From: Gammaproteobacteria bacterium
Lineage (GTDB): Bacteria; Pseudomonadota; Gammaproteobacteria; Steroidobacterales; Rariloculaceae
Assembly (NCBI GenBank): GCA_036555065.1
Contig: DATBLZ010000028.1
Span: forward strand, 146 to 64,145
Length of the DNA stretch: 64,000 bases
Reading direction: 5' to 3'
Both the position numbers and the translations under genes were made by a program. The notes under the pieces were generated by a model, which ran no database searches, had not been told where the DNA came from, and was given only the letters and a program-made list of their open reading frames with translations. Positions 8,325 through 17,209 of this stretch are shown one piece after another (positions within the stretch are counted from its first letter, which is position 1; every line of letters starts with the position of its first letter).

Positions 8325-9707
8325 GTGCCCACTCCGCCCCGCGATCACGCCGCTGCTCTCGAAGACGTCGATCGCAAGACGCTGCGGCGGGTCATTGTCG
8401 CAGCCTCCGTCGGGACACTCTTCGAATGGTACGACTTCTATCTCTACGGCAGCCTCGCCATTTTTTTCGGCGGATTTTTCTTCCCGCCGGGAAACGAAAC
8501 GGCGCAATTGCTCGCGAGCCTTGCGACCTTCGGCGCGGGCTTCGGCGTGCGCCCGCTTGGCGCCATCGTGTTCGGCCACATCGGCGATCTCGTCGGCCGC
8601 AAATACACGTTCTTGATCACGATGGTCACGATGGGTGCGAGCACGGCGCTCGTCGGGTTTCTGCCGAGCTATGCGACAGCGGGTCTCGCAGCGCCGATCA
8701 TGCTGGTCGCGCTGCGGCTGCTCCAGGGCTTGGCGCTCGGCGGCGAATACGGCGGCGCAGCGACTTATATCGCCGAGCATGTTCCCGACCGCAAGCGCGG
8801 CTACTACACGAGCTTCATCCAGACGACGGCGACGCTCGGGTTTTTCTTGAGCATGGGGGTGATCGGCACGATGCGCCTTTGGCTCGGCGAAGAAGTGTTT
8901 CGCGGCTACGGCTGGCGGATTCCGTTTCTGCTCTCGTTCGTGCTGCTCGGCGTGTCGCTCTATATCCGCCTCCGGATGAAGGAATCGCCGTTGTTCACCG
9001 AGCTCAAGAAGAGCGGCAAGGTCTCCGCGAACCCGCTCAAGGAAAGCTTCACGAATCCCGTCAACCTCAAGTACGTGCTGCTCGCTCTGCTCGGCGCGAC
9101 GGCGGGACAGGGTGTGGTCTGGTACACGGGCCAGTTCTATGCACTTACATTCCTGCAAAACGCGCTCGGCATCGCCTGGAGTGATGCGTATCTGATGGTG
9201 TCGAGCGCGTTGCTCCTGACGACGCCGCTGTTCATCGCGTTCGGTGCGTTATCGGATCGCATCGGCCGCAAGAAAGTCATGTTGGCCGGATGCTTGCTCG
9301 CGGCGCTCACGTATGTGCCGATCTACATGGGCATGAGGTACTTCTCTGAGCCGATCCACTGGCCGATGATGATTCTGCTTCTGAGCCTGCAGATGGTGTA
9401 CGTCTGCATGGTCTACGGCCCGATCGCGGCGTTTCTCGTCGAGCTCTTCCCGACGAAGATCCGCTATACATCGATGTCGCTTCCGTATCATCTCGGCAAC
9501 GGCTGGTTCGGCGGTTTCCTACCGTTGATCGCAACGGCCGTGACCGCGTCGGCGTGGGCCGCGAGCACGTTCGGCGCCGGTGCGATCTATACGGGGCTCA
9601 TCTATCCGATAGCCGTCTGCGTTGTCACGCTCGTAGTCGGCGGGCTTTTCATTCGCGAGACGAAAGATCATAAGATCGACGCGGACCCGCGGATCGGCCG
9701 CTCATGA
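8325..9707 (+). CDS. MFS transporter, metabolite:H+ symporter (MHS) family
   Basis: GTLFEWYDFYLYG N-terminal MHS signature, GHIGDLVGRK, 12-TM architecture; GTG start. Confidence 0.85.
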   Translation: MPTPPRDHAAALEDVDRKTLRRVIVAASVGTLFEWYDFYLYGSLAIFFGGFFFPPGNETAQLLASLATFGAGFGVRPLGAIVFGHIGDLVGRKYTFLITMVTMGASTALVGFLPSYATAGLAAPIMLVALRLLQGLALGGEYGGAATYIAEHVPDRKRGYYTSFIQTTATLGFFLSMGVIGTMRLWLGEEVFRGYGWRIPFLLSFVLLGVSLYIRLRMKESPLFTELKKSGKVSANPLKESFTNPVNLKYVLLALLGATAGQGVVWYTGQFYALTFLQNALGIAWSDAYLMVSSALLLTTPLFIAFGALSDRIGRKKVMLAGCLLAALTYVPIYMGMRYFSEPIHWPMMILLLSLQMVYVCMVYGPIAAFLVELFPTKIRYTSMSLPYHLGNGWFGGFLPLIATAVTASAWAASTFGAGAIYTGLIYPIAVCVVTLVVGGLFIRETKDHKIDADPRIGRS

Positions 9708-10339
9708 TAGATCTCTACACGTGGACGACGCCGAACGGGCGCAAGGTCTCGATCATGCTCGAGGAGACCGGGCTCCCGTACAACGCGATCGCCGTCGATA
9801 TCAACAAGGGAGAGCAGTTCACTCCCGAGTTTCTCAGAATCAGCCCCAACAACAAGATTCCGGCGATCGTCGATCGCGAAACCGGGGTCGCGATGATGGA
9901 ATCGGGCGCGATTCTCGTGTACCTCGCCGAGAAGGCGGGCCAGTTCCTGCCGACGACGAGCCCCGGCAAGTGGGCCGTTCTCCAATGGCTCATGATGCAG
10001 ATGGGCAGCGTCGGGCCGATGCTCGGACAGACGCACCACTTTCATCATTTCCACAAGGGTAAGTCCGATTACGCCGAGCAACGGTACCTCGCGGAAACTG
10101 GGCGTATTTATGGCGTGCTCGATAAGCGCTTGAGCGAGACCGCGTACTTGGGCGGCGACGAATACACGATTGCCGATATAGCCACTTGGCCTTGGATCGC
10201 ACGTTACGAGTGGCAAGGCGTCGATTGGCAGAGGTTTCCGAGCCTCAAGCGCTGGTATCGAGCGATTGCCGATCGGCCGGCCGTCCGCCGCGGCTTCGAC
10301 GTGCCGCGCGCGACGGCGCCGATACCGATGCCGGCATAG
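9704..10339 (+). CDS. glutathione S-transferase, Nu-class (YfcG/YghU-like)
   Basis: TPNGRKVSIMLEE, NNKIPAIVD, GDEYTIADIATWPW; ATGA overlap with the MFS gene. Confidence 0.85.
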   Translation: MIDLYTWTTPNGRKVSIMLEETGLPYNAIAVDINKGEQFTPEFLRISPNNKIPAIVDRETGVAMMESGAILVYLAEKAGQFLPTTSPGKWAVLQWLMMQMGSVGPMLGQTHHFHHFHKGKSDYAEQRYLAETGRIYGVLDKRLSETAYLGGDEYTIADIATWPWIARYEWQGVDWQRFPSLKRWYRAIADRPAVRRGFDVPRATAPIPMPA

Positions 10340-10362
10340 AGCGGCCGGCTTCCTGTGCAAGA

Positions 10363-10382
10363 GTCGCGGCCGCGGCCGCGAC
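10363..10382. terminator. 20-nt perfect GC palindrome between convergent genes (possible bidirectional terminator)
   Basis: GTCGCGGCCGCGGCCGCGAC equals its own reverse complement. It lies between the GST stop (10339) and the mmuM stop (10385). No T-tract. Confidence 0.3.
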
Positions 10383-10384
10383 GA

Positions 10385-11263
10385 TCAACGCTCGGCGACG
10401 AGCGCGTCGAGCGCGCGAATGTGCTCAGGACTAGTCCCGCAGCAGCCCCCGATTAGGCGCGCGCCGGCATCGATCCATTGCTCGGCGAGCGCCGCGAACG
10501 CCGCCGGCGCGAGCGCTTCGCTCGAACGGATTTCGGGGTAAACGCCGACGAATCCATTCCAGCGCGCGCGCACGAGCTCGAGTGCGCGCGCGACGACGCT
10601 CGGCGGGGAATGCATCACGTTCACGACCGTGGGCCCGTAGGCGAGCAGTGTGTCGAGCACTTGCTCCAAGCGGGTCTCTGGATAGTCGAACGCGACCAAG
10701 GTTTTTCCATCGGGCCCGAGCCGGCAGCTCACGCCGAGCCAGAACGGCAGTCCGCACGCACCCGCGGCTTCGCACGCGAGGGCTGCATGCCGCGTGTCTT
10801 GGAGCATTTCGAGCGCGACGAGATCGGCGCCTTCGGCCGCAAAGAGCTCGGCGAGCTCGCCATACGCGGCGCGCTCCTGCGCGAGTTCGGGATAGGCGGC
10901 CGCGTCGAAGCGGGGCGGCAAGCACGAGATGGCTCCGGCAATTGCAACATCGGCGCCGGTCTCCTTACGAGCTTCTTTCGCGGCCGCGAGCGCGCCGCGG
11001 TTGACGGCCGCGAATTTCGCGCCGTGCCCCGCCGCGTCGAGCACGAAGCGTGTGGTGCCGAACGTGTTCGTCGTGATGACTTCAGCGCCGGCCGCAACGT
11101 AGTCGCGATGAATTTGAACGAGCAGATCGTGGCGCGCATGGCCCGCGAGACCGCTCCAAGTCGCATCCCCCCACGGCGCCCCGCGGCGGCGAAGCTCTGT
11201 GCCCGTTGCGCCGTCGATCACGAGCACGTGTCCCGCGCGCAGCTTGTCGAGCCAACTACTCAT
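10385..11263 (-). CDS. mmuM: homocysteine S-methyltransferase
   Basis: VIDGATGTEL, ITTNTF, C-terminal zinc motif GGCCGTSPEHI. Confidence 0.85.
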   Translation of the reverse strand: MSSWLDKLRAGHVLVIDGATGTELRRRGAPWGDATWSGLAGHARHDLLVQIHRDYVAAGAEVITTNTFGTTRFVLDAAGHGAKFAAVNRGALAAAKEARKETGADVAIAGAISCLPPRFDAAAYPELAQERAAYGELAELFAAEGADLVALEMLQDTRHAALACEAAGACGLPFWLGVSCRLGPDGKTLVAFDYPETRLEQVLDTLLAYGPTVVNVMHSPPSVVARALELVRARWNGFVGVYPEIRSSEALAPAAFAALAEQWIDAGARLIGGCCGTSPEHIRALDALVAER

Positions 11264-11293
11264 TGGCTCTACACTATCAGTTAGAGTGAGGCT

Positions 11294-12547
11294 GTGGCGC
11301 GACCCAAAGTAGTCATCGTCGGGGCGGGCTTCGGCGGCCTATTTGCGGCGCGCGCGCTCGCTCGTGTGGCGGTCGACGTGACCGTGATCGACCGGCACAA
11401 CTACCACCTATTTCAGCCGCTCTTGTACCAGGTCGCCGTTGCGGCGTTGCCGCCTTCGGATATCGCCTGGCCGGCGCGCTCGATTCTGCGCAAGCAAAAG
11501 AACACGACCGTGCTCATGGACGAGGTCGTCGGCGTGGACGCGGTGCGCAGCCGCGTCGTCGCGCGGCGCAGCGAAGTCGAGTTCGACTACCTCGTGCTCG
11601 CGACGGGCTCGACGCATTCCTATTTCGGCCACGATGACTGGGCCGGGATCGCCCCGGGCCTCAAGAGCATCGACGACGCGACGTTGATTCGGCGCAAGAT
11701 CCTCATGGCCTTCGAGCGCGCCGAGATGGCGGCCGATGCGGCCGCGCGCAAACGTCTGCTGCAGTTCGTAATCGTCGGCGCCGGGCCGACCGGAGTCGAG
11801 CTCGCGGGCACGATCGCGGAGCTCGCGCACCATACGCTCGCCCGCGACTTTCGCAGCATCGACCCGCGCAGCGCCAGGATCATGCTCGTCGAAGCCGGAG
11901 CCCACGTGCTGCCTGTGTTTCACGAGAGCCTGCGCGCCTATGCACGCCGCGCGCTCGAGAGGCTCGGCGTCGAAGTGCGCTTGGGAAACGCCGTCACCGC
12001 GTGCGACGCGCATGGCGTGCTCTTGGGCGCGGAGCGCATCGAGGCCGCGACCGTCATTTGGGCCGCGGGTGTGGCGGCATCGCCGGTCGGCGCGTGGCTC
12101 AAGGTCGCAACGGGCCGCGACGGCAAAGTCGCCGTTGCTCCCGACCTCTCCGTGCCCGGCGCCCCGAACGTGTTCGTGATCGGCGATGCCGCGCGTGTCG
12201 TCGGCAGAGACGCGAAGCCCGTCCCCGGGATTGCGCCCGCAGCGAAGCAGCAGGGCCGCTATGTCGCAACCGTGATCGAGCGGCGCATCGCGCGTCGCTC
12301 GCCGCCGGCGTCGTTCCGTTATCGGCACGCCGGTCATCTCGCGACGATCGGGCGGCAGTCGGCGGTCATCGAGTTTCCGTTCCTCAAGCTCAAAGGCTGG
12401 CTCGCGTGGTGGATTTGGGGCATCGCCCACATCTATTTCCTCGTCGGCGTGCCGAGTCCGCTGCTCGTGTCGATTCGCTGGCTCTGGGAGTATTTGACGT
12501 ACGGACGCGGCGCGCGGCTCATCACGGGCGCGGAGCACGCGGACTGA
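11294..12547 (+). CDS. ndh: type II NADH:quinone oxidoreductase (NDH-2)
   Basis: Two dinucleotide folds: VVIVGAGFGGL and VIVGAGPTGVELAG; GDAA motif VIGDAARV; GTG start. Confidence 0.85.
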   Translation: MARPKVVIVGAGFGGLFAARALARVAVDVTVIDRHNYHLFQPLLYQVAVAALPPSDIAWPARSILRKQKNTTVLMDEVVGVDAVRSRVVARRSEVEFDYLVLATGSTHSYFGHDDWAGIAPGLKSIDDATLIRRKILMAFERAEMAADAAARKRLLQFVIVGAGPTGVELAGTIAELAHHTLARDFRSIDPRSARIMLVEAGAHVLPVFHESLRAYARRALERLGVEVRLGNAVTACDAHGVLLGAERIEAATVIWAAGVAASPVGAWLKVATGRDGKVAVAPDLSVPGAPNVFVIGDAARVVGRDAKPVPGIAPAAKQQGRYVATVIERRIARRSPPASFRYRHAGHLATIGRQSAVIEFPFLKLKGWLAWWIWGIAHIYFLVGVPSPLLVSIRWLWEYLTYGRGARLITGAEHAD

Positions 12548-12549
12548 GG

Positions 12550-12606
12550 TCGCGGCTAGAGGCGCCTCTACACCGAGCGCCTTCGTGGGAGCGGCTTCAG
12601 CCGCGA
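12550..12606. repeat. REP-like element pair (inverted): 12550..12571 and 12585..12606
   Basis: TCGCGGCTAGAGGCGCCTCTAC and GTGGGAGCGGCTTCAGCCGCGA, 3 nt after the ndh stop. Confidence 0.8.
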
Positions 12607-12626
12607 TCTCCGTTATCATCGTCGCG

Positions 12627-13250
12627 GTGCCACAGTCATTGCGAATCGGTGTGCTTGCGTCTGGCGCGGGCACGACGCTGGAAGCCGTCATCGACGCGAT
12701 CGACTCGGGCGAGCTTCCAGCCGCGATCGCCGTCGTGATCAGCAACAACAGCGAATCGGGCGCCCTGGCGCGCGCCGCGCGGCATTCGCTGCCGCGCGCG
12801 CATCTGAGCAGCGTCACGCATGCGAGCGGCCGCAGTCTCGATTCGGCGATCCGCGACACGCTCCGCGCTCACGAAGCGAACCTCGTGCTACTCGCGGGCT
12901 ACATGAAGAAGGTCGGGTCCGCGACGCTCGCAGCGTACGCGGGCCGTGTGATCAACACTCATCCGGCGTTGTTGCCGAAGCACGGCGGCAAAAACATGTA
13001 CGGCAGGCGTGTCCACGAGGCGGTTCTAAAGAGCGGCGAGAAGATCACGGGCGTCTCCGTGCACCTCGTCGATCGCGACTACGACACGGGGCGCGTGCTC
13101 GCGCAGCGCGAGGTCCGGGTCGAGCCGGGCGACGACGTCGCTTCCTTGACGGCGCGCGTCCAGGCCGTGGAGCGCGAATTTCTCGTGGAGGTCCTGCGCC
13201 AAATTGCCACCGGCGCGCTTGCGCTAGAATCCTCCGCTCCGAGCAAATGA
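12627..13250 (+). CDS. purN: phosphoribosylglycinamide formyltransferase
   Basis: RIGVLASGAGT, NTHPALLPKHGG, GVSVHLVDRDYDTGRVLAQ. The track start 12585 lies inside a REP element, so a downstream GTG (12627) or TTG (12639) is preferred. Confidence 0.85.
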   Translation: MPQSLRIGVLASGAGTTLEAVIDAIDSGELPAAIAVVISNNSESGALARAARHSLPRAHLSSVTHASGRSLDSAIRDTLRAHEANLVLLAGYMKKVGSATLAAYAGRVINTHPALLPKHGGKNMYGRRVHEAVLKSGEKITGVSVHLVDRDYDTGRVLAQREVRVEPGDDVASLTARVQAVEREFLVEVLRQIATGALALESSAPSK

Positions 13251-13260
13251 GGGGTTCTCG

Positions 13261-14526
13261 ATGAACGTGTCGCGTAGCCTGTTCATGACGAGCGTGGTCT
13301 TGGCGCTGCCGATTGCCACCGTTTCGGCCGGCTCCATGCCGCGCGCGACGCCCGAAGACGTCGGGCTTTCGTCGGCGCGTCTCGAGCGGATCGGGGAGGC
13401 CATGGACCGGCACATCGAGGCCGGAGACGTCGCGGGCGTCGTCACGCTCGTCGCGCGCCATGGACGCATCGCGCATCTCGAGGCCCATGGTTTCATGAAC
13501 ATCGAAACGCACGAGCCTATGCGAACCGATGCGATTTTCGGCTTGGCGTCGATGTCGAAGCCCGTGACCGCCGTTGCGATCATGCTACTCGTCGAGGAAG
13601 GCAAGATTCGCCTGTCGGATCCGGTCTCGCGCTTCATTCCCGAGTTCGCGAACCTCAACAAAGTCGCGGTGCCGCGCGCGGGCGCAGCCGAGAGCAGTAC
13701 CCCGGCCGCCGACGCATACGACCTCGTTCCGGCGACTCGCGAGATCACGATTCGCGACCTTTTGACGCACGGGTCGGGGCTCATGAGCGGGGGCTTGGGC
13801 GCGCGAATCGGCGCCGAGCTCGGGACGCGCGGCCCAAACGACACGCTCGCGACCTATATCCCGAAGCTCGCAGGCGTGCCGCTCGACTTTCAACCCGGAA
13901 CACTATGGCGGTATAGCGGCCTTGCGGGCTTCGACGTGCTGAGCCGCGTCGTCGAGGTCGTCTCCGGACAACCGTTCGATGAATTTCTCGCGGAGCGTTT
14001 GTTCGAGCCGCTCGATATGCCCGATACCGGCTTCTACTTCAGCGGCGCACGCGCGCGCCGGCTCGCGACCAATCATGCGCGCACGCCGCAGGGGCTCGCG
14101 CCCGCGCCACGCCCGCTCGATGCTATCTATTTCTCGGGCGCGGGCGGCCTTGCGAGCACCGCCGAGGATTACCTGCAGTTCGCGCAGATGCTGCTCAACG
14201 GCGGCGAGCTCGACGGCGAGCGTATCTTGGGCCCGCGCACGGTTGCTCTGATGACGGCGAATCACACGGGCGACATGGTCAACGGTCAGTTTGGGCGACC
14301 GGCGCGTGGCATGGGGTTCGGCCTCGGCATGGAGGTCGTGCTCGACCCCGTGGCCGCGGGCCTGTCGGTTTCGACTGGGGCCTTCAGCTGGCAGGGCGGT
14401 ACCGGCGTCGGATTTTGGGCCGAGCCCGAAGAAGACCTCGTGTCGGTCTTCATGGTTCAGGGCGGTGCGGCCGGGACAGTGCGGCGCTCGTTCGAGAACG
14501 CCGTGCGGCAAGCGATCATCGACTGA
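13261..14526 (+). CDS. serine hydrolase, beta-lactamase/PBP (class C-like) family, secreted
   Basis: Signal peptide; S-x-x-K motif ASMSKPV; typical LLTHGSGL block. Confidence 0.85.
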   Translation: MNVSRSLFMTSVVLALPIATVSAGSMPRATPEDVGLSSARLERIGEAMDRHIEAGDVAGVVTLVARHGRIAHLEAHGFMNIETHEPMRTDAIFGLASMSKPVTAVAIMLLVEEGKIRLSDPVSRFIPEFANLNKVAVPRAGAAESSTPAADAYDLVPATREITIRDLLTHGSGLMSGGLGARIGAELGTRGPNDTLATYIPKLAGVPLDFQPGTLWRYSGLAGFDVLSRVVEVVSGQPFDEFLAERLFEPLDMPDTGFYFSGARARRLATNHARTPQGLAPAPRPLDAIYFSGAGGLASTAEDYLQFAQMLLNGGELDGERILGPRTVALMTANHTGDMVNGQFGRPARGMGFGLGMEVVLDPVAAGLSVSTGAFSWQGGTGVGFWAEPEEDLVSVFMVQGGAAGTVRRSFENAVRQAIID

Positions 14527-14538
14527 GCTATTTTCGCG

Positions 14539-15096
14539 TTACTCGAGCACGTCGCCGGCTTCTTGCGGCGCGAGGTAGCGCGTGAACTCTTCTTCGAACG
14601 AAAGCAGCTTCGAATCCTTGATCCGGTCGATGTAGAGCGTGCCGTCGAGGTGGTCGAGCTCGTGCTGGAATACCGTCGCGAGGAACCCCTGGAGCTCGAG
14701 CCCTGCGGACTCGCCTTCGAGGGTCGTATACCGAACGCGCACGTGCTGCGGCCGCTCGACGAAACCGCGGAGCCCGGGCACGGAAAGACACCCCTCCCAA
14801 TAGCCGTGCGCCGCGGGATCGACGACCTCGATCGTCGGGTTGACGAACGCCGTCAGCGGCATCGTCGGAATCTGCCCATAGCGGCTGCTGTCGCCCGGTA
14901 TTTCGATGAGCGCGACGCGCACGGGCTCGGCGATCTGCGGTGCCGCGAGGCCGATGCCGCCGTAGTCGCGCAGCGTATCGACCATGTCGTCGAGGAGCAC
15001 ACGCAACGCGGGGCTCCGAATTTCCTCGGCGGTCAGCGGTCGCGCGACTTGGCGCAGCACCGGGTGTCCCATGCGGATGATCTTGCGAACGGCCAT
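14539..15096 (-). CDS. def: peptide deformylase
   Basis: GIGLAAPQI, EGCLSVPG, HELDHL; start at MAVRKIIRMGHP. Confidence 0.9.
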   Translation of the reverse strand: MAVRKIIRMGHPVLRQVARPLTAEEIRSPALRVLLDDMVDTLRDYGGIGLAAPQIAEPVRVALIEIPGDSSRYGQIPTMPLTAFVNPTIEVVDPAAHGYWEGCLSVPGLRGFVERPQHVRVRYTTLEGESAGLELQGFLATVFQHELDHLDGTLYIDRIKDSKLLSFEEEFTRYLAPQEAGDVLE

Positions 15097-15142
15097 CGGC
15101 AGATGATAGCGCGCCCTGCGCAAGGCACGGCGCGCGCACGGA

Positions 15143-16279
15143 TTATCGAGGAGGTTGGGTCGCCGCTTCCGGGATACGCGGCACTGGGCGCAGGTCGCGG
15201 TCGAGTTGCACGACCGGGCGCGGAAGTCTTTCGGTCGTGACGTAACGCGCGTCGATGAACCTCACGACATAGCCGTCCGCGCGCGATTCGACCTCGATGA
15301 ACGGAAAGCGTGCCCAGGTTAGGAAGCGCTGCGCTTCGGGCGTTTGCGCGGCCGCGACATAGAGTGGATCGAACGCGCGCCTCTCGATGGGCTCGTCCGC
15401 GAGCTCGAGTTCGGGTCTCGGCCACCAGCGCCACCGGCCGACGTAGTAGCTCGATGCCGTAGCGGCGACGACCTCGCCCGCAAATGGGTTCGCCGCGACC
15501 GGCGCGACCATGACTTGCTCGACGCCCGTGATGCCGCGCGCGGCGAGCTCGGCGCGCACGTACGCGCGCTCTGCGAAATCGGCGGCTACCATCGCGCCGA
15601 CGTAGACGACGACGCAGGCGATGGCGATTCGCGCCGTGCGCTCGGCGACGCGCTCATCGGCCGTAAGACGCAGGCCGCGGATCGCGAGCACGACCGCAAC
15701 GCCGACGAGCCAGAGCACGCGCGCAGCGACCGGCACGCCGGGCGTCATCAGTATCAGCGTGGAAGCGAGCAACCAGAAGACGCTACCGCCGATCAACGAC
15801 CGCAGGCGATACGACCACGTGAGAAACGCGACGCCCCCGAACCCGAGCCAGATCCATGGATCGATGATGAAGACCGCGTCGCCATAGAACCACCGGCCGT
15901 CGAACGGCATGAGCCAACGGAGCCCGTAGTTATTGAGCCAATCGAGCGTCGGGTGCGTGAGCACCGCGAGTGCGGCAAGGCCCAAGATCGGGCCCGCGCG
16001 CGCCGGCGCGGCCGATGGATTTTCCCGGCGGCGCACCCAACGATCCCATAGCAGCACGAGGGCCGCAACGATGAGCGGCAGAACCGCGAGCGCGAGCACG
16101 CCGTGCGTCCAGCCGCGCCGAAACGCAAACGATTGGAATAGCGCGCCGAACGCGGAGACGACGTCGACGTCGGGCGCATTCGCCCCGATCAGAAGAGTTG
16201 CGGTCGCAAGTGGCGTCGTGCGGCGCAAGCCGGACGCCGCAAGCGCGGCGCCGGTGAACGTGTGTGCGATCGGATCCAA
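15143..16279 (-). CDS. membrane-bound metal-dependent hydrolase (YdjM/DUF457-like)
   Basis: N-terminus DPIAHTFTGAALA, NAPDVDV, multiple TM helices, THPTLDWLN; TTG start. Confidence 0.65.
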   Translation of the reverse strand: MDPIAHTFTGAALAASGLRRTTPLATATLLIGANAPDVDVVSAFGALFQSFAFRRGWTHGVLALAVLPLIVAALVLLWDRWVRRRENPSAAPARAGPILGLAALAVLTHPTLDWLNNYGLRWLMPFDGRWFYGDAVFIIDPWIWLGFGGVAFLTWSYRLRSLIGGSVFWLLASTLILMTPGVPVAARVLWLVGVAVVLAIRGLRLTADERVAERTARIAIACVVVYVGAMVAADFAERAYVRAELAARGITGVEQVMVAPVAANPFAGEVVAATASSYYVGRWRWWPRPELELADEPIERRAFDPLYVAAAQTPEAQRFLTWARFPFIEVESRADGYVVRFIDARYVTTERLPRPVVQLDRDLRPVPRIPEAATQPPR

Positions 16280-16540
16280 GTCACGCGAGTGTCTACGACG
16301 GCGCTACAAGTTACAAGGATGCCGACACCTCGCACGTAATGATGAGACATCCGCGCGATCGAGATCGAAATCGGAGGCGCTAAAGATACGCTTGCGAGGA
16401 AGCATGATTTGCAGACGGTGCGTATTTCTTCGCAAGGTCTGACCCCGTGAATTGCGTCGCATGGACCAGATTTCCGGGCGCCCAGTTGCACCTTCGGGCG
16501 GGTAGTCTTGGCTCGGACCGAGTTGACTCGGGCCGCTGGG

Positions 16541-16559
16541 CGCAACCATAATGGTTGCG
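16541..16559. promoter_or_regulatory. candidate antitoxin operator (CGCAACCAT-A-ATGGTTGCG)
   Basis: Perfect 9-bp inverted arms with 1-nt spacer, 19 nt upstream of the RHH antitoxin start. Confidence 0.45.
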
Positions 16560-16577
16560 TTCCGGTTGGAGCGCGAC

Positions 16578-16820
16578 ATGCCGACGAACCTCACACTGAA
16601 GAACATTCCGGACGAGGTCTACGAGAGGCTCAAAGCCTCGGCCGAGACACACCGACGCAGCTTGAATAGCGAGGCCATCGTCTGCCTCGAAAGTGTGCTG
16701 CTACCGGGACGAATGCCCGCTGCGGAGCGGCTTGACCGGGCTCGCGCGCTGCGCGTCGGCTTGCCGAAGCGCTTCAACGCTCGTGAAATCGACGCGCTCA
16801 AGCGGAAGGGTCGGGCGTGA
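16578..16820 (+). CDS. vapB: ribbon-helix-helix (Arc/FitA-type) antitoxin, VapB-like
   Basis: MPTNLTLKNIPDEVYERLKASAETHRRSLNSE is the typical FitA/Arc N-terminus; overlaps the PIN gene by 4 nt (GTGA). Confidence 0.75.
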   Translation: MPTNLTLKNIPDEVYERLKASAETHRRSLNSEAIVCLESVLLPGRMPAAERLDRARALRVGLPKRFNAREIDALKRKGRA

Positions 16821-17209
16821 TCGTCGTCGACACCAACGTCATCGCATACCTGTATCTGCCCACGGTCCATACGGCGCGTGCCGAGGCCCTGCTCGAGGAC
16901 GATGCGGACTGGGTGGCTCCGCTGCTGTGGCGCAGCGAGCTGCGCAACATTCTCGCTGGGTACCTGCGGCGGAAGGCGCTGTCCTTCGACGCCGTGCGCA
17001 GCATTCAAGCTGAGGCCGAAAGCCTGCTCGCGGGAGGCGAGCACGAGGTCGATTCACAACAGGTGCTCGAGCTCGTTCGCGACAGCAACTGCTCGGCGTA
17101 CGACTGCGAGTTCGTCGCGTTGGCGAAGCGCCTCGGAGTCAAGCTCGTGACAACCGACGCGCAAGTGCTCGCGGCTTTCCCGCGCCACTCGGACGCGCTC
17201 AGCCGGTAA
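16817..17209 (+). CDS. vapC: PIN-domain ribonuclease toxin VapC
   Basis: IVVDTNVI acidic N-terminus, downstream D/E residues (SAYDCEFVALA, TTD). Confidence 0.85.
   Translation: MIVVDTNVIAYLYLPTVHTARAEALLEDDADWVAPLLWRSELRNILAGYLRRKALSFDAVRSIQAEAESLLAGGEHEVDSQQVLELVRDSNCSAYDCEFVALAKRLGVKLVTTDAQVLAAFPRHSDALSR

Noticed and set aside
11408-12859. 483-aa ORF antisense to ndh and purN, with similar long antisense ORFs at 591..1127, 8202..9158, 18997..20268, 23282..24535, 28768..30558, 36052..37146, 40034..41296, 41535..42926, 46629..48185, 58238..60115, 58344..60113 and 60698..62293
   Set aside because: They are Arg/Ala/Pro/Gly-rich low-complexity translations with no recognisable motifs. Each fully overlaps a gene on the other strand that has strong catalytic motifs. 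This is typical of shadow ORFs in high-GC DNA, where stop codons are rare in all frames.
16280-16577. LexA/SOS box upstream of the YdjM-like gene (and at 17958..18059 upstream of the SRAP gene)
   Set aside because: No CTGT-N8-ACAG or other convincing LexA-type palindrome is visible. The only strong palindrome in the first gap is better explained as the antitoxin operator.
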